The position numbers and the translations under genes were made by a program. From UHGV virus genome UHGV-0130034: a stretch of 39,707 nucleotides of DNA; one strand, given 5' to 3'. Origin of the DNA: a virus. This document shows, piece by piece, positions 22,524 through 31,632 of this stretch; the stretch's first letter is position 1, and the number at the start of each line of letters is the position of its first letter. The notes below the pieces were generated by a model. It was not told where the DNA came from. It did not search any database and saw only the letters and a program-made list of their open reading frames with translations.

Positions 22524-23185
22524 GCGCCTTCTCCCTGTACCTGAATCAATGTGAGGTTTCCGCAGAACACTGCGCCGGTATCGATATACATCTGGTTGGA
22601 AAACTTGAGTGGTTTCACTGCTGGCGTATGACCAAAGATGAACGTGTCCGCGCCTTTGATTTCTTTCACGATCCCGTCTTGTGAGTTGCTGATTCGTTCG
22701 CGGTTCCAGATTACCTGCTGATGATCAACTGGCTTTCCAAACTCGTATTTATCACAAGGATAATCGGCGTGGCAGATGACATATTTTTTACCTTTGCTCA
22801 CCAGTTCGATGATTAACGGAAGTTCACCTGCTTTATGGGCAAGAGCTTTAGCCAGAATTTCTTTGTCGTAATCGAGATTAAAGAACCAGCCACCGCCATT
22901 AAGCAGCCAGTGATTGACGTTTCCACGCTCTGACAAGCCATCAATCATTATTTGCTCATGGTTTCCACGTACAGCTCTGAACCAGGGGAATGTGATTAAT
23001 TCCAGGCATTCGACGTTCTCTGTACCGCGATCAACCAAATCGCCAACCGAGATAAGCAGGTCTTTTTTGGTGTCGAATCCTATCGTCTCCAGTTTTTTCA
23101 TCAGGTTCGTGTAGCATCCGTGCAGATCGCCAACTACCCAAATATTTCGGTATTTGCTGCCATCAATTCTTTCGTAATAGCGCAT
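22514..23185 (-). CDS. ninI: Ser/Thr protein phosphatase NinI (start at MRYYERIDG)
   Basis: Metallophosphatase motifs GDLHG, GDLVDRG, GNHE; position as lambda ninI; GGAG RBS before the ATG at 23185. Confidence 0.9.
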
Positions 23186-23369
23186 CTCTTTCACTCCATC
23201 CGCGATGAACCATGAGAACGTCGTTGACGATGGCGTGCATTTTCCCGTCTTTATCATCAACGTATTTTCTGACCGTACCGCGACTACATTTCAGTCTGCG
23301 TGCTACTTCTGTCTGGTTTCCGTATGCTTCAACGAGCATGTCTGGAATGGTTTTTACTGAGAACGTCAT
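23163..23369 (-). CDS. ninH: NinH
   Basis: [68 protein letters not shown] matches recalled lambda NinH. Confidence 0.9.
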   Translation of the reverse strand: MTFSVKTIPDMLVEAYGNQTEVARRLKCSRGTVRKYVDDKDGKMHAIVNDVLMVHRGWSERDALLRKN

Positions 23370-23977
23370 GCGGCCTCACTTCTGCTATTTCGCAGGTCTT
23401 TGAGTTTCTGTTGGTACTCTGCCTTGATCGCCTTGCACTCTTCGATAGTCCAGCGATGGCGGTTATGGTTTGATTCGATTTCGTCTACTGCTTCCTGCCC
23501 GATGCGGCTAATCAGTTCGACGCGATACGGAACGAGATTTCCGCTTTTGTGCTGGTTGCACACCACGCATTGCTTGTGAATATTGCGTTCATCAAATCGG
23601 AGTTGAGGTGCCGCAGCAGTTGTCCGGTAATGTCCGGCATCCCACTGAGCAGACGTGATCGTTCCGCACGAGATACATGGTAAGTCGCGGTCTCTTTCTC
23701 TGATGAAGGCGTTTACGGCTTGTTGGGATTGTTTAATCCAGTAACTGCGGGGCTTTAAGGCGAGTTTTCGAATCTTCAGTTTATCTTTCTGTTTCTGCTC
23801 CTCTCGTCGTCGTTTCTTCTCTGCTGCTTTTTCCGCTTTTTCGCGTTCTTTGCTTCGTCGTTCGAGTGCTATCTTGGTTCCACACTCTGGAGAGCACCAC
23901 CACTGATTAGCGAATGCAGGGTGAAACCATTCCCGGCATTCATCGTTTTTACATCGTCTTCGCGCTGGTTTAGCCAT
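23366..23977 (-). CDS. ninG: NinG (Rap-like recombination protein)
   Basis: Cys-rich, basic Lys/Arg/Glu tract; 203 aa; position as lambda ninG. Confidence 0.85.
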   Translation of the reverse strand: MAKPARRRCKNDECREWFHPAFANQWWCSPECGTKIALERRSKEREKAEKAAEKKRRREEQKQKDKLKIRKLALKPRSYWIKQSQQAVNAFIRERDRDLPCISCGTITSAQWDAGHYRTTAAAPQLRFDERNIHKQCVVCNQHKSGNLVPYRVELISRIGQEAVDEIESNHNRHRWTIEECKAIKAEYQQKLKDLRNSRSEAA

Positions 23978-24246
23978 TATGGTTCGCTCCAGTAATTCTC
24001 AATTGCAGCAGCCATTCTCTGCATCCACTCAGCCAGCTTTAACGCGGCTTCTCTTTCAGAACCACATTTAGGGAAATCCTTCATTTCCATGCTGGCCTTA
24101 TATGTTCTGAATGCCAGGTCTCCGGTAATAACCAACTCCTGATCAAGCACCGAGCGTTTATTCCGGTGTTGAACGTAATAGACAGATTCAGTCCGCATTT
24201 CTTCTCTGTCTTTTTTGAAGGAAATAAGCTCAGAGAAATCACTCAT
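23977..24246 (-). CDS. Hypothetical nin-region protein (89 aa)
   Basis: ORF coupled to ninF (ATGAGTGA overlap) and ninG; no lambda counterpart recalled. Confidence 0.6.
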   Translation of the reverse strand: MSDFSELISFKKDREEMRTESVYYVQHRNKRSVLDQELVITGDLAFRTYKASMEMKDFPKCGSEREAALKLAEWMQRMAAAIENYWSEP

Positions 24247-24409
24247 CGTCTTCTTCCTCGTACATTGAGCTATTCGGATCGCTCATCAGTTCTGCGCAGC
24301 AGTGCTCACATACGTGAACTTCCAGCACATGCAGCTTCTGACCGCAGTTAGCGCACGTTAAAGCTCGCTCGACGCTTTCTTGTTCGTAACTTCGATTTGG
24401 GTCAATCAC
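24239..24409 (-). CDS. ninF: NinF (56 aa, GTG start; absent from the ORF track)
   Basis: Manual translation [57 protein letters not shown] matches recalled lambda NinF. Confidence 0.8.
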   Translation of the reverse strand: MIDPNRSYEQESVERALTCANCGQKLHVLEVHVCEHCCAELMSDPNSSMYEEEDDE

Positions 24410-24588
24410 CTTGTATTCCTCGCACGTTCTCTAAGCCACCGGATATCCCACAGGTGAGCCGTGTAATTGAGGGTTTTTACGTCAGATTCTTTTGGGACTG
24501 GCTTGCGTTTATTTCTGGAGCGTTTCGTTGGAAGGTATTTGCAGTTTTCGCAGATGATGTCGGTGATACTTCGTCGCTGTCGTCTCAT
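24406..24588 (-). CDS. ninE: NinE (start at [10 protein letters not shown])
   Basis: [56 protein letters not shown] matches recalled lambda NinE. Confidence 0.9.
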   Translation of the reverse strand: MRRQRRSITDIICENCKYLPTKRSRNKRKPVPKESDVKTLNYTAHLWDIRWLRERARNTR

Positions 24589-25112
24589 GCCGCCCTCCTG
24601 ACGCCCTGCCCGATCGCCATCAATGCCGCTTTGGATACGGTAGTAAACATCCGTCGAGGACTGATGAACGGTCGCCAAATCAGCAGCATGGAGCCTTTGC
24701 TGTTTCCCTTCTTCTCCAGCCCTGTCGATGGTTCGATAAAATTAATCCGTCCATCAGTGATAATCCGAACTTCGTCGACACTCTCCAGAGCCTTGCTGAA
24801 CCATCCGACTGACATATCCTCTGGCACAAGCATAACTACCGTCTGTCGCTGTTGTATGCACTGCTCAGCTGCTTTTTCCACCCACGGCCTGATATTGCTG
24901 TACGGTGGGTTATTCCAGATTGCACCGTGGCTTATCCACTCAGAATTGAGTGCGTCGTCGGCCTCAGTTAGCCAGTGAGCGCACAGAGCATTTTTGTCGC
25001 TCGCAGCTGAATCCAGCCAGAATCCAAACTCAATATCCAGCGCATCAAAAAGCCAAAGCGGCGTTTGCCAGCAGTCCTTGTCGTGTGCTGGCGTATTTGA
25101 TTTGATAGTCAT
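24585..25112 (-). CDS. Phage orphan DNA N6-adenine methyltransferase (Dam-like)
   Basis: NPPY motif ([10 protein letters not shown]); occupies the ninC/ninD position; ATGA start overlap with ninB stop. Confidence 0.75.
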   Translation of the reverse strand: MTIKSNTPAHDKDCWQTPLWLFDALDIEFGFWLDSAASDKNALCAHWLTEADDALNSEWISHGAIWNNPPYSNIRPWVEKAAEQCIQQRQTVVMLVPEDMSVGWFSKALESVDEVRIITDGRINFIEPSTGLEKKGNSKGSMLLIWRPFISPRRMFTTVSKAALMAIGQGVRRAA

Positions 25113-25549
25113 GCAGCCCTGTCTCCCCATCTCGCTTTCCACTCCAGAGCCAGTCGCGCTTCGTCTGACCACTTAACGCCACGCTCTGTACCGAATGCCT
25201 GTATAAGCTCTAATAGCTCCGCAAATTCGCCTACACGCATCCTGCTGGTTGACTGGCCTATTACCACAAAGCCATTCCCGGCAAGGTTAGGAACAACATC
25301 CTGCTGCTTTAATGCTGCGGTAAACACACACTTCCAGCTTTCTGCATCCAGCCAGCGACCATGCCATTCAACCTGACGAGAGACGTCACCTAAGCAGGCC
25401 CATAGCTTCCTGTTTTGGTCTAAGCTGCGGTTGCGTTCCTGAATGGTTACTACGATTGGTTTGGTTGGGTCTGGAAGGATTTGCTGTACTGCGTGAATAG
25501 CGTTTTGCTGATGTGCTGGAGATCGAATTTCAAAGGTTAGTTTTTTCAT
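25109..25549 (-). CDS. ninB: NinB (Orf-like recombination mediator); start at MKKLTFEIRS
   Basis: MKKLTFEIRSPAHQQNAIHAVQQILPDPTKPIVVTIQERNRSLDQNRKLWACLGDVSRQVEWHGRWLD... matches recalled lambda NinB. Confidence 0.95.
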   Translation of the reverse strand: MKKLTFEIRSPAHQQNAIHAVQQILPDPTKPIVVTIQERNRSLDQNRKLWACLGDVSRQVEWHGRWLDAESWKCVFTAALKQQDVVPNLAGNGFVVIGQSTSRMRVGEFAELLELIQAFGTERGVKWSDEARLALEWKARWGDRAA

Positions 25550-25626
25550 GACTTCCCTCTCCCCCAAATAAAAAGGCCTGCGATTACCAGCAGGCCTGTT
25601 ATTAGCTCAGTGATGTAGATGGTCAT

Positions 25627-27507
25627 TTAATACTCCGTCACGTTTTCCTGTCGCCACGCCTCGTCATATTCAGATTTCGGCATATTGGCGATGTAGCTAT
25701 ATGGAGTTCCTGATTCAAGTTGCAGGAACTGGTGCGATTGCTCGTCAAGGAACAACGGGACACCACCTTCCCAACCTTCGCCGTTACGTTGTTTTTCAAG
25801 CATCAAAACAGATGCCGGAGATGCCAGTAGCTGTTCGTCCTTCTCTGACATTTTTTCACCACTCTGAACTCTCTGTAACGCTCTCTCGCGAGCCTTGTTA
25901 CGCCATATGATGAAAAGGTTGTCTGTCAGGTCTGTTATCGCTCCAGAGCCTTTTACGTCCATTTTCCCGGTTGGTTTTTCTTCGCTGTCTCCTTTTCGCG
26001 AGTGAGTAACGAGAATGACGTGGGAGTTTGTTTTGTTTTTGAAGTCGCAAATCGAGTCAACAAACGCCTTCTGCCCGTTATAGTCATCGTCGCCTATGCC
26101 ACATTTCATCAGGCTGTCGATGATGAATAACTGGATGCCGTATCGGCGGCGAGCGTAGTCGAATATTTCGATCAGCCTGTCGGCTTTCGCCGTTCCGGTC
26201 AGGCCAAACACCCAAAGTCTTTCGTCATAAAATTTAAATGCAGAGTCAATTTCCAGCACTGGCGGCATCTTGCAGCACGTCGCCTGACGGGTAAGGCGCT
26301 TAAGGAGAATACCAGGCTTCAGCTCAAGTGACGCGATGCACGTCTTCACACCCTGACGCATTGCCTCAAGTGCCATATGCCCGACAACCTCCGTTTTTCC
26401 GTGACCGTTCACACCATTGACCAGCGTCAACTCGGCCTCACGGAACTGGAATTTATCTGCCAGAGATTCCCACGGTGGATTAAACAGATACTGCTGCTTG
26501 CCGTAGAAAGCGTTGATAGTGTCCTGGTAAAACTCTCGTGCGCTGTAGAGTTCTTCAGGGTCGAAGTATGATGCCGTGCCGATGTACTGCCAGATTTCAT
26601 CCTCGGTAACACCGTTCATCAGGCATTCGTTGATGTCTTTGTACGGCAGAGTAACAAGACGGCAACGATGTTCACCGAGTCGGCTTGCGATTTCCCTTGC
26701 GGCTTCACGACCAACATCATCAACGTCCATCGAGATGAATATTTCCTCAAACCTGTCGAGGTTGTGATACTCAAACTCAATCCACTGTTGCTTAGCACCT
26801 TTCCCGCCACCAAACGGCACGGATAACGCCGAGATGCCGTATTGCGCATAGCTCATACAATCAATTTCGCCTTCGCAAAGTACAACCGCCCTCACGCCAG
26901 CGTCCAGAGCCTGCCATCCGAACAGACAAGGTTCGCAATCACCTTCTGCCATAATGACTTTCTTCCCGTCCGGGCGCTCAGTGCTGATTCGCTTGACCTG
27001 CAACAACTCACCATCGCGTTTGTACGGAAGCACCAGTGCATCAAGTTCTCGTTCTCCATTCCACACCTTGCCGCTGACAACCTCGTAGCGCTTTACGACT
27101 TCTGGCGATATGCCACGCGATTGCAAGTACTCAAGATGGGATTCTGTTCTGGTAACGTAGCGGGCGATTTTCTTGCGATCAGGTCTGGAGAATTTCTTCT
27201 CACGTTTGGCATCGAAATGGTGATCGTCATCCTTGATACCGAGAAATGCTTTCGCTTCCTGCATAGCCTGATGCAGGTTAATTCCACGACATGCCATCCA
27301 CAAATCAAGCATGTCACCGCCGTCTCCCTCAGCGAAATCAGCCCATTTTTTCTTGCCGCTAAGGTTGACCTTAAGGCTGTTTCCCTTGTCGCCGTTGACG
27401 TTACCGGCAACCCACTCATGCCCCTCTTTCTTGCCGTTTGGCAACAGGTGCGGAGCCACCCTGTCAACCTGCGCCCAAAGCAGGTCGCTGAGTTCACTTG
27501 GCGTCAT
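25627..27507 (-). CDS. Bifunctional replicative primase-helicase (Toprim-like central region plus P-loop helicase C-terminus)
   Basis: 626 aa; Walker A-like GVNGHGKT, acidic Toprim-like EGEID/DVDD motifs; directly downstream of the O-like initiator. Confidence 0.75.
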   Translation of the reverse strand: MTPSELSDLLWAQVDRVAPHLLPNGKKEGHEWVAGNVNGDKGNSLKVNLSGKKKWADFAEGDGGDMLDLWMACRGINLHQAMQEAKAFLGIKDDDHHFDAKREKKFSRPDRKKIARYVTRTESHLEYLQSRGISPEVVKRYEVVSGKVWNGERELDALVLPYKRDGELLQVKRISTERPDGKKVIMAEGDCEPCLFGWQALDAGVRAVVLCEGEIDCMSYAQYGISALSVPFGGGKGAKQQWIEFEYHNLDRFEEIFISMDVDDVGREAAREIASRLGEHRCRLVTLPYKDINECLMNGVTEDEIWQYIGTASYFDPEELYSAREFYQDTINAFYGKQQYLFNPPWESLADKFQFREAELTLVNGVNGHGKTEVVGHMALEAMRQGVKTCIASLELKPGILLKRLTRQATCCKMPPVLEIDSAFKFYDERLWVFGLTGTAKADRLIEIFDYARRRYGIQLFIIDSLMKCGIGDDDYNGQKAFVDSICDFKNKTNSHVILVTHSRKGDSEEKPTGKMDVKGSGAITDLTDNLFIIWRNKARERALQRVQSGEKMSEKDEQLLASPASVLMLEKQRNGEGWEGGVPLFLDEQSHQFLQLESGTPYSYIANMPKSEYDEAWRQENVTEY

Positions 27508-27614
27508 GATTCCCTCAGATTGAGATTTTTAAACCAGAAATCGACAAACGAAATACTTAACCAACCGTGGTTATAACCAGCGACCAGTAGCGATTTGATT
27601 TTTGATTTCATGGT

Positions 27615-28475
27615 TCACCTGTCGAAAAACACGTAGCCAGTTTTCGATACGGTGATTGCGGATGATGGTTTGGATTGTGGTTGAATAGTTTCTGGCTTCT
27701 CGTCGTTCCAGCGTTGACCGTTCAGGTAGCTCGATGGTAACAACCTGTCGAATCCGAACTGCTTACCATTCCTGCATGCGATGTCTTCTGCCAGCATCGT
27801 GGCAAACTCTCTTGCCGTACCCCTGGTAGTTTTACGCCATTCCCTGAACTGTGTTCTGAATGCCGAAGCTGCGTTTTTCTTCCCGGCTTTCCGCATGCCT
27901 GCACACCAGAATATTTCCTCGAATGCCTTGTCGGTTTCTTCGTGACGGTCATGTGATTTTTCACACTCCGTCCGAACACTTTCGGACATAGTGTTTTTAT
28001 TATTTCTTTTTTCTTTTGTAATAGTTTCTTTTGTGTGTCCCTGTTTTGGTGACAGCGCTGTCACCGTTTTGGTGACACTTTTTGTCACCAATGCAGTGAC
28101 ATTATCACCAGAGTAGTGACACCCTTCTATTTGCCATTCCTCGATGTTCTTGTTAGGCCCGATTTGCTGGCCTTCGCGAAGGATAACCTTCATCGCGATA
28201 AGCTCATTCTTGGCCTTGTTTACCTTCTGTCTTGGCAGCCTGGTAATTTGAGCTAACTGACTATCAGAGATGCGATCCATCTTTTTACCGTAGCCGTATG
28301 TTTTACGGCATATGGCGTGGGCAACCTTGCTCTGATTTTTCGTTAAATCTGCGCCGATAAGCTCTTCATACAGGGCATTTGCAAGACGGGTATAACCATC
28401 TTCAACTTCTGCCACACGACGCTCCACAGGCCGTTGTGAAGGCCTTAAATGTGTTACGGTTGCAAGATTACTCAT
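27615..28475 (-). CDS. O: Replication initiator O (lambda O-like N-terminal domain)
   Basis: DGY.RL.N.L.E...GADLTK.Q.KV...I.RKTYG..K.MDRI.DSQL..IT.LP...N.AK.EL..M.....G...GPNKNI.EW pattern shared with recalled lambda O; iterons inside the gene. Confidence 0.85.
   Translation of the reverse strand: MSNLATVTHLRPSQRPVERRVAEVEDGYTRLANALYEELIGADLTKNQSKVAHAICRKTYGYGKKMDRISDSQLAQITRLPRQKVNKAKNELIAMKVILREGQQIGPNKNIEEWQIEGCHYSGDNVTALVTKSVTKTVTALSPKQGHTKETITKEKRNNKNTMSESVRTECEKSHDRHEETDKAFEEIFWCAGMRKAGKKNAASAFRTQFREWRKTTRGTAREFATMLAEDIACRNGKQFGFDRLLPSSYLNGQRWNDEKPETIQPQSKPSSAITVSKTGYVFFDR
27992..28124. promoter_or_regulatory. Replication origin inside the O gene: four inverted-repeat iterons (GGTGACA...TGTCACC type) next to an AT-rich tract
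   Basis: ggtgacagcgctgtcacc (28048-28065), ggtgacactttttgtcacc (28071-28089), gcagtgacattatcacc (28093-28109), gtagtgacaccc (28113-28124); AT-rich 27992-28030. Confidence 0.75.
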
Positions 28476-28614
28476 GACCTTTCTCCTTCTGCATCAGCTT
28501 CACTTTTTCCAACTCAGCCCGGAATCGACCAGGCTGCTTGAAGCTGGACAGGAAGCGATCACGTAGTATGTGTTTGTGAATTTTGTCCTGGTAAGGACTG
28601 AGTTGTTTTGTCAT
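28468..28614 (-). CDS. Possible small ORF (48 aa) between cII and O
   Basis: GGAG 5 nt upstream of ATG at 28614; encodes [21 protein letters not shown]...; stop overlaps O start. Confidence 0.3.
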   Translation of the reverse strand: MTKQLSPYQDKIHKHILRDRFLSSFKQPGRFRAELEKVKLMQKEKGHE

Positions 28615-28646
28615 AATGACTCCTGTTGATAGATCCAGTAATGACC

Positions 28647-28940
28647 TCAGAACTCCATCTGGATTTGTTCAGAACGCTCGGTTGCCGCCGGGCGTTTTTT
28701 ATTGGTGAGAATCGAAGCAACTTGTCGTGCCAATCGAGCCATATCGTCGTCAACGACGCCCCATTCAAGAACAGCAAGCAGCATTGAGAACTTTGGAATC
28801 CAATCCCTCTTCCACCTGCTGATCTGCGACTTATCAACTCCCACAGCTTCCGCTGTCTTCTCAGTTCCAAGCATTGCGATTTTGTTAAGCAACGCACTCT
28901 CGATTCGTAGAGCCTCGTTGCGTTTGTTTGCACGAACCAT
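28647..28940 (-). CDS. cII: Transcriptional activator CII
   Basis: [96 protein letters not shown] is near-identical to recalled lambda CII. Confidence 0.95.
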   Translation of the reverse strand: MVRANKRNEALRIESALLNKIAMLGTEKTAEAVGVDKSQISRWKRDWIPKFSMLLAVLEWGVVDDDMARLARQVASILTNKKRPAATERSEQIQMEF

Positions 28941-29019
28941 ATGTCAGTATTTCCTTAGATAACAATTGATTGAAGGTATGCAAATAAATGCATACACCAT
29001 AGGTGTGGTTTAATTTGAT

Positions 29020-29051
29020 GCCCTTTTTCAGGGCTGGGATGTGTAAGAGCT
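29020..29051 (-). promoter_or_regulatory. nutR (boxA AGCTCTTACAC, boxB GCCCTGAAAAAGGGC)
   Basis: Minus strand reads AGCTCTTACACATCCCAGCCCTGAAAAAGGGCATC, matching recalled lambda nutR; lies between cro and cII. Confidence 0.85.
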
Positions 29052-29059
29052 GGAATGTC

Positions 29060-29275
29060 TTAAGCGGCTTTGTGTTCCGGCGGGAACACGTCATCAAGAC
29101 TGACTTTTGCGCCTAACTTGTTTAGGCACTCAACAAGAGCACGGCATGTTTTAAGGTCTGGGAAGCGACGACCAGATTCCCAATGTCCGATAGCTCCCTG
29201 TGTGCATCCAACTGCCTTAGCAAGTGTTGTTTGAGAGATATTCAGTGACTCTCGATATTTTCGTAGGTTGCTCAT
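29060..29275 (-). CDS. cro: Cro-like repressor (XRE-family HTH, 71 aa; start at MSNLRKYRES)
   Basis: HTH ISQTTLAKAVGCTQGAIGHWESG; divergent from cI across the OR region. Confidence 0.8.
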   Translation of the reverse strand: MSNLRKYRESLNISQTTLAKAVGCTQGAIGHWESGRRFPDLKTCRALVECLNKLGAKVSLDDVFPPEHKAA

Positions 29276-29386
29276 ATGCCCTCCATAGTAACCATGAAAC
29301 AATAATACGATATGTACTTTTAGAATGCAAACAAAAAATACATCTTGTGCATGGATGGTTTTAGTACAGAGCGTAATAATAAGGGT
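29276..29386. promoter_or_regulatory. OR/PR/PRM region between cro and cI
   Basis: Divergent intergenic region with partial repeats (aatacgatatgtact, aatacatcttgtgca) related to the OL palindrome AGTACAAATTGTACT. Confidence 0.6.
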
Positions 29387-30046
29387 ATGAAAATGAAATG
29401 GTATGAACTGGCTAGATCCAGAATGAAAGAGCTCGGCATAACTCAAGAGAAGTTAGCCGAAGAGCTTGGTATGACGCAGGGTGGAATTGGTCACTGGTTG
29501 CGCGGATCTCGTCATCCATCTCTTGACGAGATTGGTGTGGTGTTTAAATACCTTGGTATTGATAACGTCTCATTCAACCACGACGGTACATTTTCACCTG
29601 TTGGCGAATACTCATCTGCCCCCGTTAAAAAACAATATGAGTACCCTGTTTTTTCTCATGTTCAGGCCGGGATGTTCTCGCCTGAGCTTAGAACCTTTAC
29701 CAAAGGTGATGCGGAGAGATGGGTCAGCACAACCAAAAAAGCCAGTGATTGTGCGTTCTGGCTTGAAGTTGAAGGTAATTCCATGACCGCGCCAACAGGA
29801 TCCAAGCCAAGCTTTCCTGACGGGATGTTAATTCTCGTTGACCCTGAGCAGGCTGTTGAGCCAGGTGATTTCTGCATAGCCAGACTTGGTGGTGACGAGT
29901 TTACCTTCAAGAAACTGATCAGGGATAGCGGTCAGGTGTTCCTACAGCCACTAAACCCGCAATATCCAATGATTCCATGCAATGATAGCTGTTCCGTAGT
30001 AGGGAAAGTTATCGCCAGCCAGTGGCCTGAAGAGACATTTAGTTAA
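29387..30046 (+). CDS. cI: CI repressor: non-lambda N-terminal DNA-binding domain fused to a lambda-type C-terminal S24/LexA-like domain
   Basis: C-terminal ~140 aa ([53 protein letters not shown]...[11 protein letters not shown]) near-identical to recalled lambda CI; N-terminal HTH differs. Confidence 0.9.
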   Translation: MKMKWYELARSRMKELGITQEKLAEELGMTQGGIGHWLRGSRHPSLDEIGVVFKYLGIDNVSFNHDGTFSPVGEYSSAPVKKQYEYPVFSHVQAGMFSPELRTFTKGDAERWVSTTKKASDCAFWLEVEGNSMTAPTGSKPSFPDGMLILVDPEQAVEPGDFCIARLGGDEFTFKKLIRDSGQVFLQPLNPQYPMIPCNDSCSVVGKVIASQWPEETFS

Positions 30047-30078
30047 CAGCCTCACAACTCTAAAACACACAACAATAA

Positions 30079-30106
30079 CCCGACCTTAGCGTCGGGTTTT
30101 CTTTTT
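30079..30106 (+). terminator. Rho-independent terminator after cI
   Basis: Hairpin cccgac-cttagc-gtcggg followed by ttttcttttt. Confidence 0.7.
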
Positions 30107-30171
30107 CCAAAATATAAACCCATTAAATACAAAGCGTTATAAAAAACTAATTATATTTAGAACATTTTGTA

Positions 30172-30200
30172 TTGACTCGATAAAGTACAAATTGTACTAT
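30172..30200 (+). promoter_or_regulatory. PL promoter (-35 TTGACT, 17-bp spacer, -10 TACTAT) overlapped by operator palindrome AGTACAAATTGTACT
   Basis: -35 at 30172-30177, -10 at 30195-30200; perfect 15-bp palindrome at 30184-30198; upstream of nutL and N. Confidence 0.7.
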
Positions 30201-30239
30201 TTAGCCATCAGCAGGACGTACTAACCACCATGAAGGTGA

Positions 30240-30270
30240 CGCTCTTAAAAATTAAGCCCTGAAGAAGGGC
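30240..30270 (+). promoter_or_regulatory. nutL (boxA CGCTCTTA, boxB GCCCTGAAGAAGGGC)
   Basis: cgctcttaaaaattaagccctgaagaagggc matches recalled lambda nutL. Confidence 0.9.
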
Positions 30271-30380
30271 AGCATTCAAAGCAGAAGGCTTTGAGTAGCG
30301 CGAAATGCAGCTGCAAGACAGCAACCGTGGAGATAAGCATCACGGCGCGTTACTCAAAGCTAACTGACAGGAGAATCCAG

Positions 30381-30707
30381 ATGGATGCACAAACACGCCG
30401 CCGCGAACGTCGCGCAGAGAAACAGGCTCAATGGAAAGCAGCAAATCCCCTGTTGGTTGGGGTAAGCGCAAAGCCAGTTAACCGCCCTATTCTCTCGCTG
30501 AATCGCAAACCGAAATCACGAGTAGAAAGCGCACTGAATCCGATAGACCTTACGGTACTGGCTGAATACCACGAACAGATTGAAAGCAACCTGCAGCGTA
30601 TTGAGCGCAAGAATCAGCGCACATGGTACAGCAAGCCACGCAGTGAAATGGGTGTGACTTGTGTTGGTCGCCAGAAAATGAAATTAGGCAGCAAACCACT
30701 TATTTGA
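30381..30707 (+). CDS. N: Antiterminator N (start at MDAQTRRRERR)
   Basis: MDAQTRRRERRAEKQAQWKAANPLLVGVSAKPVNRPILSLNRKPKSRVESALNPIDLTVLAEYH.QIESNLQRIERKNQRTWYSKP matches recalled lambda N. Confidence 0.95.
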   Translation: MDAQTRRRERRAEKQAQWKAANPLLVGVSAKPVNRPILSLNRKPKSRVESALNPIDLTVLAEYHEQIESNLQRIERKNQRTWYSKPRSEMGVTCVGRQKMKLGSKPLI

Positions 30708-30715
30708 GGTGAGAT

Positions 30716-30967
30716 ATGGAATTTCATGAAAGTGCGATTTATGATTTTCGCGCTAACGCAAATTCAGTAAAACCACAGCCAATTGCAGTTCTTTTTAAAA
30801 CAATGGGGGCGTGGGCTGTTTTATGCTTCGCCTCTGATGACACTGACGCAAGAATGGCAATAGGCCAAGAGATGGAGATGGACCCGACAAACGATGAATT
30901 CATAATTTATGGCGCTCCATCTAATTACTTACTTGATACCTGCAGCATTTACAACAAGGCTGCCTGA
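30716..30967 (+). CDS. Hypothetical early protein (83 aa) in the ral-equivalent position
   Basis: ORF immediately after N on the pL transcript; no similarity recognised. Confidence 0.55.
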   Translation: MEFHESAIYDFRANANSVKPQPIAVLFKTMGAWAVLCFASDDTDARMAIGQEMEMDPTNDEFIIYGAPSNYLLDTCSIYNKAA

Positions 30968-31103
30968 TGGTGGCCTTTATTTTTGGCACAAACAACAGAA
31001 TAAACACTGCACTGTGTATTCATTCCAACGAGTGAATACACGGAGCAATGTCGCTCGTAACCAAACAGGAGCCGACTTGTTCTGATTATTGGAAATCTTC
31101 TTT

Positions 31104-31128
31104 GCCCTCCAGTGTGAGGGCCTTTTTA
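31104..31128 (+). terminator. Rho-independent terminator (tL1-like)
   Basis: Hairpin gccctc-cagtgt-gagggc followed by ctttttat. Confidence 0.65.
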
Positions 31129-31193
31129 TATGCATACCAATAACGCTTCACTCGAGGCGTTTTCGTTATGCAATCAAATATAAGGAGTTACCC

Positions 31194-31328
31194 ATGATGC
31201 ACTTTCAGCTCGCGGGTAGCGGCGTCATGTCCGCTTTCTACCCGCACGAATCTGAATTATCACGCCGAGTTAAACAATTAATCAGAGCAGCAAAGAAACA
31301 ACTGGAGGCGTTATGCGCAATGAAATAG
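31194..31328 (+). CDS. cIII: CIII-like protein (44 aa)
   Basis: AAGGAG RBS 6 nt upstream; M.HFQLAGSGVMSAFYPHESELSRRVKQL resembles recalled lambda CIII (AIAGWPVAGCPSESLLERITRKL). Confidence 0.55.
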   Translation: MMHFQLAGSGVMSAFYPHESELSRRVKQLIRAAKKQLEALCAMK

Positions 31329-31465
31329 CCATCAATCACCAGATGCTTCGTGCAGCACAAAACAAAGCAGTAATAGCCAGATTTATTGGTGATTCAAAAA
31401 TGTGGCTTGAAGCAAATAAAGCGATGAAATCAGCTATCAACCTTCCGTGGTATCGCAGGAAATGA
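31313..31465 (+). CDS. kil: Kil-like protein (50 aa)
   Basis: GGAGG RBS 5 nt upstream; AVIARFIGDSKMWLEANKAMKSAI resembles the recalled lambda Kil motif (IATFIGDEKMFREAV); overlaps cIII stop. Confidence 0.45.
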   Translation: MRNEIAINHQMLRAAQNKAVIARFIGDSKMWLEANKAMKSAINLPWYRRK

Positions 31466-31632
31466 GTTTTACAGATAACTGGTCAGACGAAGAATTCATT
31501 CGTCAGATGAAAGAATTAATCGGTAACGAAGGAGATATTCATGTCACTTGCAACCACAGTGAAGGAGAGCAAGTTACAGAGACGCATGTACACACAGCAG
31601 GCGTTAATGTATCGCCAGAAGGGAGATCGTGA
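31462..31632 (+). CDS. Possible small acidic protein (56 aa), ATGA-coupled to kil
   Basis: ATG overlaps the kil stop; overlaps the better-supported 31541-31711 ORF in another frame. Confidence 0.3.
   Translation: MSFTDNWSDEEFIRQMKELIGNEGDIHVTCNHSEGEQVTETHVHTAGVNVSPEGRS

Noticed and set aside
24397-24978. 193-aa plus-strand ORF
   Set aside because: Antisense to the ninE/ninF/dam genes, which have conserved sequence and coupled starts
27093-27497. 134-aa minus-strand alternative-frame ORF (and 27722-27979)
   Set aside because: Alternative frames within the primase-helicase and O genes
26842-27576. 244-aa plus-strand ORF
   Set aside because: Antisense to the primase-helicase gene; no RBS; Leu/Ser/Arg-rich composition typical of shadow ORFs
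28559-28933. 124-aa minus-strand ORF overlapping cII
   Set aside because: Alternative frame of the cII region; cII itself (28647-28940) is the recognised product
28885-29097. 70-aa minus-strand ORF across nutR
   Set aside because: Spans the nutR boxA/boxB RNA element and the cro 3' end; non-coding regulatory region
29060-29446. 128-aa extended form of cro
   Set aside because: Extension would run through the OR operators and the cI start; Cro starts at MSNLRKY (29275)
30291-30380. 30-codon N-terminal extension of N
   Set aside because: Extension covers nutL; recalled N starts at MDAQTRRRERR
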